Assembly: GCA_001823575.1 (NCBI GenBank)
Contig: MHUW01000007.1
Span: forward strand, 24,223 to 88,222
Source: Candidatus Yonathbacteria bacterium RIFCSPLOWO2_01_FULL_47_33b
GTDB lineage: Bacteria; Patescibacteriota; Minisyncoccia; Phycocordibacterales; UBA1550
Direction: 5' to 3'
DNA: 64,000 bases
Part shown: positions 39,852-49,502 of the stretch, piece after piece
Layout: every line of letters starts with the position of its first letter
How positions within the stretch are numbered: position 1 is the first letter of the stretch
The notes under the pieces: model-generated
What the model was told of the DNA's origin: nothing
What the model saw: only the letters and a program-made list of their open reading frames with translations
Databases searched by the model: none
Position numbers and translations under genes: made by a program

Positions 39852-42800
39852 CTACTTATCAACATTTTTAATTGCAATCATAATCCTATCCGTTTCAACC
39901 AGTGCTACAATCATTTTTTGATAGTGTTCGATGTCTGTGTTGGAGAGTTTGCGGGATTGGCGGTCCTTGAGCCATTTTTGAGCAGGCTGATAGCCACCGA
40001 TGTAGAAATTCCAGGCGACTTCAGGAACATTGCCAAAATACTGCGTGTCATTGATGTACACATTGCCATCTTTGTATTTTGGATATTTCGCCTCGACGGT
40101 GTCGCTTCCCGCCTGAGGAAATGTCGTGATGAAGTTTTTGAGCTTTGGTGATTCCAAAAGATGTAGTGCGCGGAGTTCACCACCGAGCGCAACAAGCTTT
40201 TTGAACGACTCAGTATCTTGAGGATAAGGAACACGCGGAAAATTAATCTTCAAAAACTCTTTATATTTTTCGCGGTAACTTGGTGAGTGCAAAGCGGCAT
40301 AGATGTAATCAAAAATATCTTCGGGGGTTGTCTTGCCGACAATCTTTTCTATTTCATCAACAATTTCTTTTTTGAGGTTCGGTGTTTTTAAGCCGTCTTC
40401 GGTGTAGAGATAGAGGGGGAAAGTATAAGCACCTTCCTTCGTCTGCAAAGAAACGGTACATCTATCAACGAGTGTTTTTGTTAAAAAAATGTGTTTAAAA
40501 TCAGAGCTGCTTTGCTGCTTGGAAACCAGCAGGGCTAAATTATCTTTACCAACCAAATGTTTGTAAACTTTATATCCAGAACGACTAATCAGCTCTGGGT
40601 CATAATAGATCCACACAAAACCAAACGGTCTATACTGCTCTAACTGTATGTAATTTTCATCAAACAACTTCCCTTTAATTCGTTCCGTTAATTTATATCC
40701 ACTTGAGTCGACCACTCGATAAGTAGATTTAAAACTACCACTGTAATTATTTGATAGAAGTTCTTGAATTTTCTTTGTGAGTTTACTTTTATCAAAATCT
40801 GTGAAGAGCGGGTCTCGATCAGTCTGAACACCAGAATTCGAAATCTGAAATAACTCATCAACCTTAAAACCTTTCTCATATTCTTCATTCGCACCAAAAT
40901 CTTTCGGCACAAAAAAATAGTACGGCTCAGAATATTCAAGTTTCTGCCATTTAATATTTTCTACCGACCCAGCATCAAGTGCCTCGAACTTTACTTTTTG
41001 TTTTCCGTAGAGTTCGGTGTGGTACATATCTGCCAACCGCTTTTTCTTTCCGCTTTTCTTTACGAACAGAGAGATAGATACACCCTGTTGAATAGCGAAA
41101 ACGTTTTCGTCCTTCCCTCCGTCAGGTGCTACTTCTTTCTTTTTTGCATTGCCGTGCAGGTCGATAATATAAATCGAGTCAAATGTTTCGAGCAAGTGTT
41201 TGCGCATTTGACGGTGCGTGATTCCGTCGATGAATGAGTTGTTCGTAATCATACCAACAATCCCCTCACCATTTTTCTCAATTAAGTCCTCAGTAAAACG
41301 AATGAATTTTATATAATCATCGTCAAGGTTGATTTTACGCTCGTTCAAATCTTTTTTGTATTCCTTGATCAATTCTGAAATATGTTCACCCTTGTTTTGC
41401 GAGCTGACATTATAGGGCGGGTTGCCCATCACGACCATGATCGGCAATTCGTTTTTTACGCGGTTTGCTTGGTTGGACTCTTCAGTGATTGCTTTACCGA
41501 GACCGATGCTTGAAAATAAGGTGTTTTCTTCTGACTCGCCTTTTTCGAGCGAGTTGGTTAGGTACACACCGAGGCGCGTACTCTCGTTAATATTTGCGCC
41601 AGACTCTTTGATCGTCGAAGAAAGTTTGAGGTGTGCGATAGTGTACGACGCCATCATAAGTTCAAAGCCATGAAGGCGCGGGAGTAGGTCTTCGTTCACA
41701 TAATTGTTCCACCTCCCCTCTTGCCCTGCAAATGATTTTTGGATGTGCTGTATCGCTTCATTCAAAAATGTCCCCGTGCCTGTTGCGGGGTCGAGTACTT
41801 GGACTTTGTGCACCGACACTTTGTGTTTCTTGCCTTGCACCTCTTTCATTATTTCGATTTTTGAATTTTCGGCGAGGCCTTGCGCAAGACCAAACTCTTT
41901 TTTCAAAATGTCATCTACGGCGCGAACAATGAACCGCACCACAGGGAGTGGGGTGTAGAACACGCCCATCTTTTTGCGCTCGGCAGGGTCATACTCCTGC
42001 AAGAAGTCTTCGTAAAAATGAATGATGGGGTCGCGACTGTCGTCCTTGCCCACTTTGTAGTAGTTATGCACGATTGCCTCTACGTCGGCATTAGTAAACT
42101 CTTCACAAAGTTCGTTTACAATAAACTCAATACGTGGGTCAAACGACGAGCCGGCGATGTGGTCAAAAAAATGGCGAAGAAACGGATTGGACGCTGGGAC
42201 TAAATCACGCGCTTCCCTGCGCGAAAAATCCTCTGGTGTATCGTCATAGTACCTTGCAACAAAAAGCCCGTACACGAGCGTCTGTGCATACATATCGGCA
42301 AACTTTTCCTTGTCGAGGTCGGCAAGTAAGAGCTTTTTGATAACCTCGTAGACAGAGAGTAGGTTTTCATTTTTTGCGTTGTCTTCTTGCGCAAGAAAAA
42401 CCTTTACATTGTCGCGGATACGGCGCGCCTTGCCAGCCATCACCTTTGCCAAGACTGAGCCAGACTTTATCGGCTCTTTTGATTCGGTGATGAAGCCGCT
42501 AATTGTGTCCTCGAGAAGCTTGAACGTTTCCTCGTTTGAAACTATTTCTTTTTTGTCGAGCTTTGCGATAACAACCGCCTCGCCGTATCGTGTAGCATTT
42601 TGATAAAAACGAAACTCAAGACAGTTGGTAAGAATAATATTTGAGTATCCGTAATACCTACCCATTTGTTCGCTTTTTTCTATCTCGTCAAGTGAAATAT
42701 TAAGGTCCTTTGCTTCTGCATATGCAACAACGGTCTTCCCTTTAGTAAAGACGAAATCCGGTGCGCCATACTCGCTTCGTTTTGGTTCGTTGTGAACTTT

Positions 42801-42920
42801 TAATTCGGTGATTTTTTCAAACAACTCTTGAAGCGCGGGGCGGTACGAGTGCTCGGTAGCATGTCCGCTTGCGTGCGTTTCAGCGACTTTTTGTATGAAA
42901 TTTTTTACAGTTTGACTCAT
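39852..42920 (-). CDS. single-chain restriction-modification enzyme (Type IIG/ISP-related N6-adenine MTase, no helicase)
   Basis: N-terminal PD..EAK nuclease motif, FYTP, DPATGTGTF (motif I), GNPPY (motif IV), C-terminal FPRVP...IGGYQPAQKWLKDR domain. Confidence 0.88.
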   Translation of the reverse strand: MSQTVKNFIQKVAETHASGHATEHSYRPALQELFEKITELKVHNEPKRSEYGAPDFVFTKGKTVVAYAEAKDLNISLDEIEKSEQMGRYYGYSNIILTNCLEFRFYQNATRYGEAVVIAKLDKKEIVSNEETFKLLEDTISGFITESKEPIKSGSVLAKVMAGKARRIRDNVKVFLAQEDNAKNENLLSVYEVIKKLLLADLDKEKFADMYAQTLVYGLFVARYYDDTPEDFSRREARDLVPASNPFLRHFFDHIAGSSFDPRIEFIVNELCEEFTNADVEAIVHNYYKVGKDDSRDPIIHFYEDFLQEYDPAERKKMGVFYTPLPVVRFIVRAVDDILKKEFGLAQGLAENSKIEIMKEVQGKKHKVSVHKVQVLDPATGTGTFLNEAIQHIQKSFAGQEGRWNNYVNEDLLPRLHGFELMMASYTIAHLKLSSTIKESGANINESTRLGVYLTNSLEKGESEENTLFSSIGLGKAITEESNQANRVKNELPIMVVMGNPPYNVSSQNKGEHISELIKEYKKDLNERKINLDDDYIKFIRFTEDLIEKNGEGIVGMITNNSFIDGITHRQMRKHLLETFDSIYIIDLHGNAKKKEVAPDGGKDENVFAIQQGVSISLFVKKSGKKKRLADMYHTELYGKQKVKFEALDAGSVENIKWQKLEYSEPYYFFVPKDFGANEEYEKGFKVDELFQISNSGVQTDRDPLFTDFDKSKLTKKIQELLSNNYSGSFKSTYRVVDSSGYKLTERIKGKLFDENYIQLEQYRPFGFVWIYYDPELISRSGYKVYKHLVGKDNLALLVSKQQSSSDFKHIFLTKTLVDRCTVSLQTKEGAYTFPLYLYTEDGLKTPNLKKEIVDEIEKIVGKTTPEDIFDYIYAALHSPSYREKYKEFLKINFPRVPYPQDTESFKKLVALGGELRALHLLESPKLKNFITTFPQAGSDTVEAKYPKYKDGNVYINDTQYFGNVPEVAWNFYIGGYQPAQKWLKDRQSRKLSNTDIEHYQKMIVALVETDRIMIAIKNVDK

Positions 42921-42997
42921 AAAAAGTAGGAGTGTTAACAGTTCCCAGTATACCTCCAATCAATCTTTAATACAAAAGCCCCAATCGGGGCGCTTGT

Positions 42998-43348
42998 TTA
43001 CAGCTTCGTATACTTCGTATGCTTCCCTTTGGCTTTTTCGACGGGGTATTTGGCTTTGTTTTTCTCTATCTTTTTCTCGTGGGCGTCGGCGATGTCGATG
43101 CCGAGGTCGTGACTCATCAAAAGGACCCACGAGAGCACATCCGCGAGCTCCTCGCCTATCTCCTCTTTACCCTCTTTTACATACACCTCTATTTCCTCTT
43201 TGTTTTTCCACTGGAAATGCTCCAGCACCTCGGCTGCCTCGAGCGAGAGCGATATTGCGCAGTCCTTGGGGTTGTGGAACTGCTGCCAGTCGCGTTCATC
43301 CCGAAACTTGGTAATCTCCTCCGTTAATTTTTGAATTGAATTAGGCAT
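42998..43348 (-). CDS. MazG-like nucleotide pyrophosphohydrolase
   Basis: FRDERDWQQFHNPKD, EAAEVLEHFQW, EELADV, KYP. Confidence 0.92.
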   Translation of the reverse strand: MPNSIQKLTEEITKFRDERDWQQFHNPKDCAISLSLEAAEVLEHFQWKNKEEIEVYVKEGKEEIGEELADVLSWVLLMSHDLGIDIADAHEKKIEKNKAKYPVEKAKGKHTKYTKL

Positions 43349-43350
43349 TT

Positions 43351-44409
43351 TTATTGTAGGGATTTTTTTGCTTCATTTTTTGCACGCTCAACCATAAATT
43401 TAACGGCTTCGTTCATATTGGTGTCCTGGATTACAATATCCGGCCGTTTTTCCTGAAATACGCGGTAGACCTCATCAGCAAATGCTTGCCCAATCATCGG
43501 AACACGATCATAATCCATCACGATTATTCTGAATTTCTCAAGCCCCGACAATACACGCCGAGCCTGAGAACGAGAAATATGCACACCACCCATAGTGTAC
43601 AAGCGGACTCGAATCTCTGTTTTATCAAACCCATAATCGCTATCTTCAGCAAGGTTAGTATACTTCTTAAAAATATCGTTCAAATGGTGTTTGTCTTTTA
43701 TATTGATCTTGAAACTCACCTTCGTCCCTTTTTTGATTCCCTTTATTTTTTTAACGAAGATGTCTTTAATTTTGTTATCCGCAATATATTGATACCCGTA
43801 GCTATCAAGTACAAAAAGGTCCCCGACTTTTGATGTGAAGAAAATACCCTCACCTGAATGAAGTTTGGGCGCTGTGGTCATTTTTCCTTTTAAAAGGTCC
43901 TGAATTGCTTCAATCTCAGAGTTAAGGTTGCGTTTACGCATAATGTTACGGTATACACCAACGCCGTAGTCATCAATAACAAAAGAAAGCTCGTTGTCTT
44001 TCAGTAGTACCGTAACCTGAATTATTTCTGACTTGGAATGTTCGATAGCATTATTCAACATTTCTGAAAATGCGAACGTAAAAATACTTTTTATATTTTC
44101 TGGAAGTTTTTTAAACGGTAAAAATGAGCGCTCAACATCATCAAGGACTTTGTGCTCCTCGAGAGATTTGTTTTCTAATTTTTTGGTGTACCTATTTTCA
44201 ATAGTGTCTGGATGGGAATCAGCGTATTCTGGCAAAACATACGCGGCATTGCGAGTCGATCCTATTTTTATAAGTTTTCCTTCGGCGACAAGTTCAGACA
44301 GCATTTTTGAAACATACTGCCTCGTAACACTAAAAGCCGCCACAAAATAGGCACTTTTAAGAAGCCCTTTCTGTTTTGCTATCTTGAGTATCTTTTCCTT
44401 GTTCAGCAT
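43351..44409 (-). CDS. wHTH-HATPase-STAS-like (DUF4325) protein
   Basis: N-terminal HTH, EMLNNAIEHS, DYGVG, HSGEGIFFTS, SRSQARR, GQAFADEVYRVF. Confidence 0.85.
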   Translation of the reverse strand: MLNKEKILKIAKQKGLLKSAYFVAAFSVTRQYVSKMLSELVAEGKLIKIGSTRNAAYVLPEYADSHPDTIENRYTKKLENKSLEEHKVLDDVERSFLPFKKLPENIKSIFTFAFSEMLNNAIEHSKSEIIQVTVLLKDNELSFVIDDYGVGVYRNIMRKRNLNSEIEAIQDLLKGKMTTAPKLHSGEGIFFTSKVGDLFVLDSYGYQYIADNKIKDIFVKKIKGIKKGTKVSFKINIKDKHHLNDIFKKYTNLAEDSDYGFDKTEIRVRLYTMGGVHISRSQARRVLSGLEKFRIIVMDYDRVPMIGQAFADEVYRVFQEKRPDIVIQDTNMNEAVKFMVERAKNEAKKSLQ

Positions 44410-44462
44410 ATTGTAAACCAATTGTAAACCAATGCTTTTTAATTGTCAACTAATTGTCAACC
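44410..44462 (-). promoter_or_regulatory. promoter overlaid by two pairs of 11-bp direct repeats
   Basis: ATTGTAAACCA x2 and AATTGTCAAC(T/C) x2; minus strand TTGACA-17 bp-TACAAT lies inside the repeats. Confidence 0.7.
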
Positions 44463-44513
44463 AGCAAAATAAGGCTTATTTTCAGTGTTATTTTGCTAAT
44501 TTGTGGATGTTAT

Positions 44514-45769
44514 TTAAAGAAACAACAAATCCCTATCCAAATCATCGGACTCGGTGCCTTTTGTTTTGTGTTTGAGGGCGGTGTGAGTTGAAGCGAGGTA
44601 CACCACGCGCTTGCCGAGTTTGTCTTCTAGTGTATCAATGCGTTTGTGGATGGCATCAAACTTGTCGGCCTTGATCGTCCCACCGAACAAATCCGCCTGT
44701 GAAGCATGTCCGGGAACAAGGTCGTGGAGGGTTACTCCTGTGGTGCGGTACAGAACGCCTCCTGTATGTATTTTTTCAAGCTCCGCATGCGCGAGCGCCA
44801 TGAGAATCTCGGGGGAATTTGAAGGTACGGAAAGTGGTATCGAACACGTTACGATTTTGAAATTTTGTGTCTTCAGAAAAATAGAGATTTTCTTGGGCAC
44901 CAATTCATAGTGTCGCGCTTTTTTGCAGGCGTCCTCTATGTTTTTTGAAAGCTGCGACCAGAGAAATGTTTTGTCATTGGTCGCGGGGTGAAATGTTAGC
45001 GTCTTTTGTATGGACGAGTAAACTGTTTTAACCTCTGGGTCTACCTCCATAACCGACTCGCCGCCCAACTCGCGCCAGATAGCTTCGTAGGGTTTTGAGA
45101 GATTTTGTCTGACCCAAGAAATATCTTTCATACTAAAATCTTTGGCAGTATACACGGCCCTCTTGGTGAGAAACTCTGCTGTTTTGGGTCCAATGCCCCA
45201 AACTTTCTTGATTGGTGTCTTTGTGAGGAAATCCGGCGCCGTACTTGTCTCGATGACGGTCAGACCATTTGGCTTGACCCAGTTGGATGCAACCTTGGCA
45301 AGCACTTTTGTTGGCGCGAGACCAATCGACACCGAGAGCCCGAGCTCTTCGTTTACTTCTTTTTTAATACGCTCCGCCATTTGCAGATAGGTCATCTTGA
45401 GTGGTGGCTCGAGTCCCGTGAGATCGGCAAAGCATTCATCAATACTATATTCCTCGACATCATCGGCATACCTGCGCACAATATCAAACATCTTGCTCGA
45501 ATAAAGTGCATATGACTTGTAGTCTCCTGGCAGAATGATGACGCTCGGGAAGTCTCTTTTGACTTTGAATATCGGCATACCGCGAATGATGCCGAGCGCT
45601 TTTGCTTCGTACGACAGCGCCGATACAATCCCCGCTCCTCGCCCGTCACCACCGGCAGACCCTTTAGCGTCGGGTCCTTTGCGACCTCCACCCCCACAAA
45701 AAACGCATCTCCATCAATATGGAAAATCACCTTTTGTTTTATGAGATTATTTTGAGCGAGTGTCTTCAC
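44514..45769 (-). pseudogene. dinB: DNA polymerase IV (Y-family), frameshifted
   Basis: HIDGDAFFVGVE in one frame; IVSALSYEAK..GMP and YSIDECF in another; switch at G4 run 45630-45633. Confidence 0.85.
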
Positions 45770-45794
45770 TCACTGTATTATACCAAATTCTCTG

Positions 45795-45997
45795 ACTGGG
45801 GAACTTGGTCCAAGAGTCTGCGGCCAAGCCGTGAATTTTGTAATTCAGAATCTGCTGATTCAGGATCGCCTCTCGCTCTGCTGAGCTCGAAACCTACGTC
45901 CTCTCTTCGAGGACTGCGGCCCGCGGTTCAATCCCAAGTTCTTCAACCGTTGTAAATAAAAAGCACCCTCATGACAAGGGTGCTTTTTATTTACAAA
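45795..45997. repeat. tRNA-3'-end-associated structured element
   Basis: ACTGGGGAACTTGG (45795-45808) = 45998-46011; inverted tRNA 3' copy at 45925-45945; 20-bp hairpin 45950-45996. Confidence 0.7.
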
Positions 45998-45998
45998 A

Positions 45999-46069
45999 CT
46001 GGGGAACTTGGGATCGAACCAAGATTGACGGCTTCAAAGGCCGCTGTCCTACCATTAGACGATTCCCCA
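45999..46069 (-). tRNA. tRNA-Gln (anticodon UUG), CCA not encoded
   Basis: TGGGGAA TCGTCTAATGGTAGGAC A GCGGC CT TTG AA GCCGT CAAT CTTGGTTCGATCCCAAG TTCCCCA G cloverleaf. Confidence 0.95.
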
Positions 46070-46122
46070 ATATTTAAAACAGCACTTGTGCAGAATACAC
46101 CAAAAGAGATACTTCGGCAACG

Positions 46123-47154
46123 CTATTCCCCAATGACACGCAGGAGTGCAAGTTCAAGAGGAAGCGTCGGGATAGCCGCTGTGCGGAGGTCGGCGTAGGC
46201 GCCAAGGAGCGCTACGAGCTCCTTGGACGCGAGGGTTTTGCCAGCTTCTTTGGAGAGCTTCTCGAGGAACACAAAATCCTCCTCTGATGAATTCTCACGC
46301 ACCTCGGCCTTCATCGCTGTTGCAAAGCGTAGGATGAGAACAAAGCGCACTTTGCGTACGACGAGGTCGAGGAAAATCTTCATATCCCCTATTGTTTCAC
46401 TCGCTTGCGCAAGGACTTGCGCCCCCTTGGCAAAATCACGCTCGGTGATGGCGAGAATAAAATCATTGACCATGCGCGTGCTTGGCGCACCGAGGGTTAC
46501 CGCAACTTCTTCGGGTGTTATTTTTTTATCCGTTGACGCAGCGATGACTTTTTGAAGCGTACCGAGCGTGTCACGGAATGATCCGTCACCGAGGAGCGCA
46601 ATGAGGTCCGACGATGACGGCTCGAGTTTGTAGCCCTCTTTTTTTGAAACGGTCTCGACGAGCTTTTGTAATGTCGCGTGCGAAGGGCGCTTGAAACGGA
46701 ACGACTGACAGCGCGAGACAATAGTCTCGGGGAGCTTTTCCTCCTCAGTCGTCGCGAGGATAAAGATGACATGCTTTGGGGGCTCCTCAAGGGTCTTCAA
46801 GAGTGCGTTGAATGCCTCCTTGGTCAGCATGTGCACCTCGTCCACAATGTACACTTTAAATTTCGAATCGAACGGCAAGGTGTGTACCGCATCGCGGAGG
46901 GCGCGAATATCATCAACACCACGGTTGGACGCTGCATCAATCTCGTAGGTGTCATTATCCGACGAACCAATCTCGCGGGCAAAGATGCGAGCAATGGAAG
47001 TCTTGCCCGTACCGCGCGAACCAGAAAAAAGGTACGCATGCGCGATAGAATCATTTTGGAGTGCGCCCTTGAGTGTTGCCACCACCGCATCCTGGCCAAT
47101 GACCTCGTCAAACGACTGTGGGCGATATTTGCGGTAGAGAGTTACTTCTGACAT
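46123..47154 (-). CDS. dnaX: DNA polymerase III subunit gamma/tau
   Basis: LYRKYRPQSF, GSRGTGKTS, EIDAASNRG, DEVHML, SRC. Confidence 0.95.
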   Translation of the reverse strand: MSEVTLYRKYRPQSFDEVIGQDAVVATLKGALQNDSIAHAYLFSGSRGTGKTSIARIFAREIGSSDNDTYEIDAASNRGVDDIRALRDAVHTLPFDSKFKVYIVDEVHMLTKEAFNALLKTLEEPPKHVIFILATTEEEKLPETIVSRCQSFRFKRPSHATLQKLVETVSKKEGYKLEPSSSDLIALLGDGSFRDTLGTLQKVIAASTDKKITPEEVAVTLGAPSTRMVNDFILAITERDFAKGAQVLAQASETIGDMKIFLDLVVRKVRFVLILRFATAMKAEVRENSSEEDFVFLEKLSKEAGKTLASKELVALLGAYADLRTAAIPTLPLELALLRVIGE

Positions 47155-47226
47155 TTCCCTAGTATAGCAAAAAAGTATGCGGTTCAAAAATAAAACCCCC
47201 TGCAATGTTTTGCGGGGGTTTTAAGG

Positions 47227-47448
47227 CTAGGCACGTACCGAAATACTCGGTTTCCGGTAGTAGCCAAGCGCACGGTTCAGGATCTCGATCTCGCGCGAAA
47301 GCTGATCGATCTCGGTGTTGAGGAAAACCAAACTTTGATGCGGTAATCCACCTTTTTTCAAAAGAGATTCAAGGTAAGCAACCACCACCCTTTTAGCATT
47401 CAAGCTTTCTATTACCTGGTATTGCGCAAGTGCTTTGCAAATGTTCAT
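47227..47448 (-). CDS. small hypothetical protein
   Basis: TTGACA/TATAAT promoter, GGAG SD, terminator 47191-47223. Confidence 0.6.
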   Translation of the reverse strand: MNICKALAQYQVIESLNAKRVVVAYLESLLKKGGLPHQSLVFLNTEIDQLSREIEILNRALGYYRKPSISVRA

Positions 47449-47496
47449 TCTCTACTCCAGAGTAATTATCTACGCACATTATAGCACCTTTTGGTA

Positions 47497-48522
47497 CTAA
47501 TTGTCAATGTTGTGAGTTTTCAAAAATTCACGAGCAATACCCTCAATCTCATCGGCATTCTTGGCGTCCATAAGCTGCACGCGGAGTTCCTTTGCTCCGT
47601 CAAAGCCGTTTACGTACGCCTTGTAGTGTTTTTTCATAATGGCGAAGTTTTTGATGTCGCCGAGAAGTTTTTCGTAGAGATGCGTGTGCTCAATCATAAT
47701 CTCAAACTTTTCTGCGAGGGTGGGCGGTGTTGTACGAGCACGGTCAAAGAGCCACGGTGTACCAAACACGCCACGACCAATCATCACCCCGTCAGCACCC
47801 GAAGCATCAGCCTTTGCTTGTGCGTCAGCAAGATCCTGCACATCACCGTTACCGATGATGAGCGTCCCTGTCCCCTCTGCGAGCTCCTTTGCGCGCTTCA
47901 CCAGCTCCCATCGCGCAGGTACGAGAGAGAGCTCCTTCCTGGTACGTGCGTGCACTGTAATGACCGCGGGCTTTGTTTCAAGGATGGCACCGAGCCATCC
48001 TTCGAGATCTTCTTTGTTGTAGCCTACACGCGTTTTGACCGAGACTGGCAAACCCCCTGCGCCCTCCATCACCGCACGAATGACCTCCTGTGCAAGCTTT
48101 GGGTCTTTAATATGTGCAGCGCCGGCTCCTTGCTTCTCGATGCTTTTGTCAGGGCAACCCATATTGATATCGATACCGTCAAAGCCCAGCTCCTTGACGA
48201 GCGCGGCCGTCTGGCGCATGTGCTCAGGATGTGAACCAAAAATCTGCGCCACAATAGGATGCTCGCGCTCCGTGAAAGCGAGGTCACGCAAAAGCACTTC
48301 GCGCCCCTGCGAGCAAAGCCCATCCGCAGAAACAAACTCAGTCCAAAATACATCAGGACCACCCCCCGGCTCCCCGTGACGGCTGTACTTTGCAATCATC
48401 TGGCGAAATGCCGCGTCAGTCACATCGGCCATCGGCGCCAAGACGAAAAAGGGCTTCTTGAGATCCGCCCAAAAACCCATCACAGGTCCGTCGTTGTTTG
48501 TTTGTTCCTTTGCCTTCTTCAT
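47497..48522 (-). CDS. dus: tRNA-dihydrouridine synthase
   Basis: LAPMADVTD, DINMGCP, VSVKTR, VHART, GNGD, MIGRG. Confidence 0.93.
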   Translation of the reverse strand: MKKAKEQTNNDGPVMGFWADLKKPFFVLAPMADVTDAAFRQMIAKYSRHGEPGGGPDVFWTEFVSADGLCSQGREVLLRDLAFTEREHPIVAQIFGSHPEHMRQTAALVKELGFDGIDINMGCPDKSIEKQGAGAAHIKDPKLAQEVIRAVMEGAGGLPVSVKTRVGYNKEDLEGWLGAILETKPAVITVHARTRKELSLVPARWELVKRAKELAEGTGTLIIGNGDVQDLADAQAKADASGADGVMIGRGVFGTPWLFDRARTTPPTLAEKFEIMIEHTHLYEKLLGDIKNFAIMKKHYKAYVNGFDGAKELRVQLMDAKNADEIEGIAREFLKTHNIDN

Positions 48523-48559
48523 TGAATTGCACTCTAGCACAAAATATTATGCATTAAAA

Positions 48560-48607
48560 ACAACTAACATGTATTCTTAGCTATAGCTAAGAATACATGT
48601 TAGTTGT
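48560..48607. repeat. 48-bp perfect palindrome
   Basis: ACAACTAACATGTATTCTTAGCTA|TAGCTAAGAATACATGTTAGTTGT. Confidence 0.95.
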
Positions 48608-48620
48608 AATGCTAGGCAAT

Positions 48621-49481
48621 CTAATTTTCAAACCCAAAAAATATTTTGTTACCGAAGCGCATATCTATGTAGAGGAGTTTCTTTTTCGGGGTGACATCAG
48701 GAGGAAATTGTACGGGAAGCGCGGCAAGGAGATTTTTCATAATCGTTTCTGCGCTGGCAGTATCTTTGAAGCGAAGTTCGACACCAGCAAGCATCGGGTA
48801 TTTATCACTCTTTTTCATCGTTACCACCATTTCACCTTCTGGCTTCATTATGATGCGCAGCGGGTCACCGAGTTCGCGCATGAGAGAGGAAACCAACGTG
48901 TGAGTAAGAATGAATTGTGCTGGTGGAATGTGGGCGCGAAGTATTCCTTCCTCGCTCGCCCCCAAAAGGGCACCATATATTTCGAGATATACACCCTCAG
49001 AAAAAGTCGGGGCACGATCAAATACAAAACCGGTATTATCGACAAAAAAACAACCTATGAGCTCGCGTATGTCGGGCGAGTACACCTCACCACACCACAG
49101 TGCATACGGTTTACGCTCGGAGACCTTTACCGAGATAGTGTGTGCGTCTATCCGTTCTACATAAGCACTCGCAAGGCGGGGAAACACATTCAACAATCCC
49201 TCTTCAATCTCGCGGCTCGGAAAAATCTGACTGTTCTCACGTGCATACGCTATATAATAATTACCTTTGAGTTTTTCACGCACGAGAGCCTCGACGGTGT
49301 CGCTGTCGACGGTTTGTGTGCCTACGACCTCTACGCGTGTTATCTTCCACTTATCATTTTGCGAAATACCGCCAATAGCAATAAAAAATAAAAACGCGAG
49401 GATGAGCACTGCTATCCCGCGCATAAACCAGAGCCTGCCGTGCTCACGAAGCCCTGTAATAATAGAGGCGATTTTTGCCAT
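48621..49481 (-). CDS. FtsQ/DivIB-like POTRA membrane protein
   Basis: N-terminal TM, ITRVEVVG POTRA, VKVSERKPYALW, C-terminal YIDMRFGNKIF. Confidence 0.75.
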   Translation of the reverse strand: MAKIASIITGLREHGRLWFMRGIAVLILAFLFFIAIGGISQNDKWKITRVEVVGTQTVDSDTVEALVREKLKGNYYIAYARENSQIFPSREIEEGLLNVFPRLASAYVERIDAHTISVKVSERKPYALWCGEVYSPDIRELIGCFFVDNTGFVFDRAPTFSEGVYLEIYGALLGASEEGILRAHIPPAQFILTHTLVSSLMRELGDPLRIIMKPEGEMVVTMKKSDKYPMLAGVELRFKDTASAETIMKNLLAALPVQFPPDVTPKKKLLYIDMRFGNKIFFGFEN

Positions 49482-49502
49482 ATTAAAAAATGAGAAGCAG
49501 TG

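Noticed and set aside
45795-45945. Second or intron-containing tRNA gene
   Set aside because: Has tRNA-like ends but no D-arm or anticodon arm; better explained as copies of the tRNA-Gln 3' end.
48597-49391. 264-aa plus-strand ORF starting in the 48-bp palindrome
   Set aside because: Antisense to the FtsQ-like gene, with no recognisable features.
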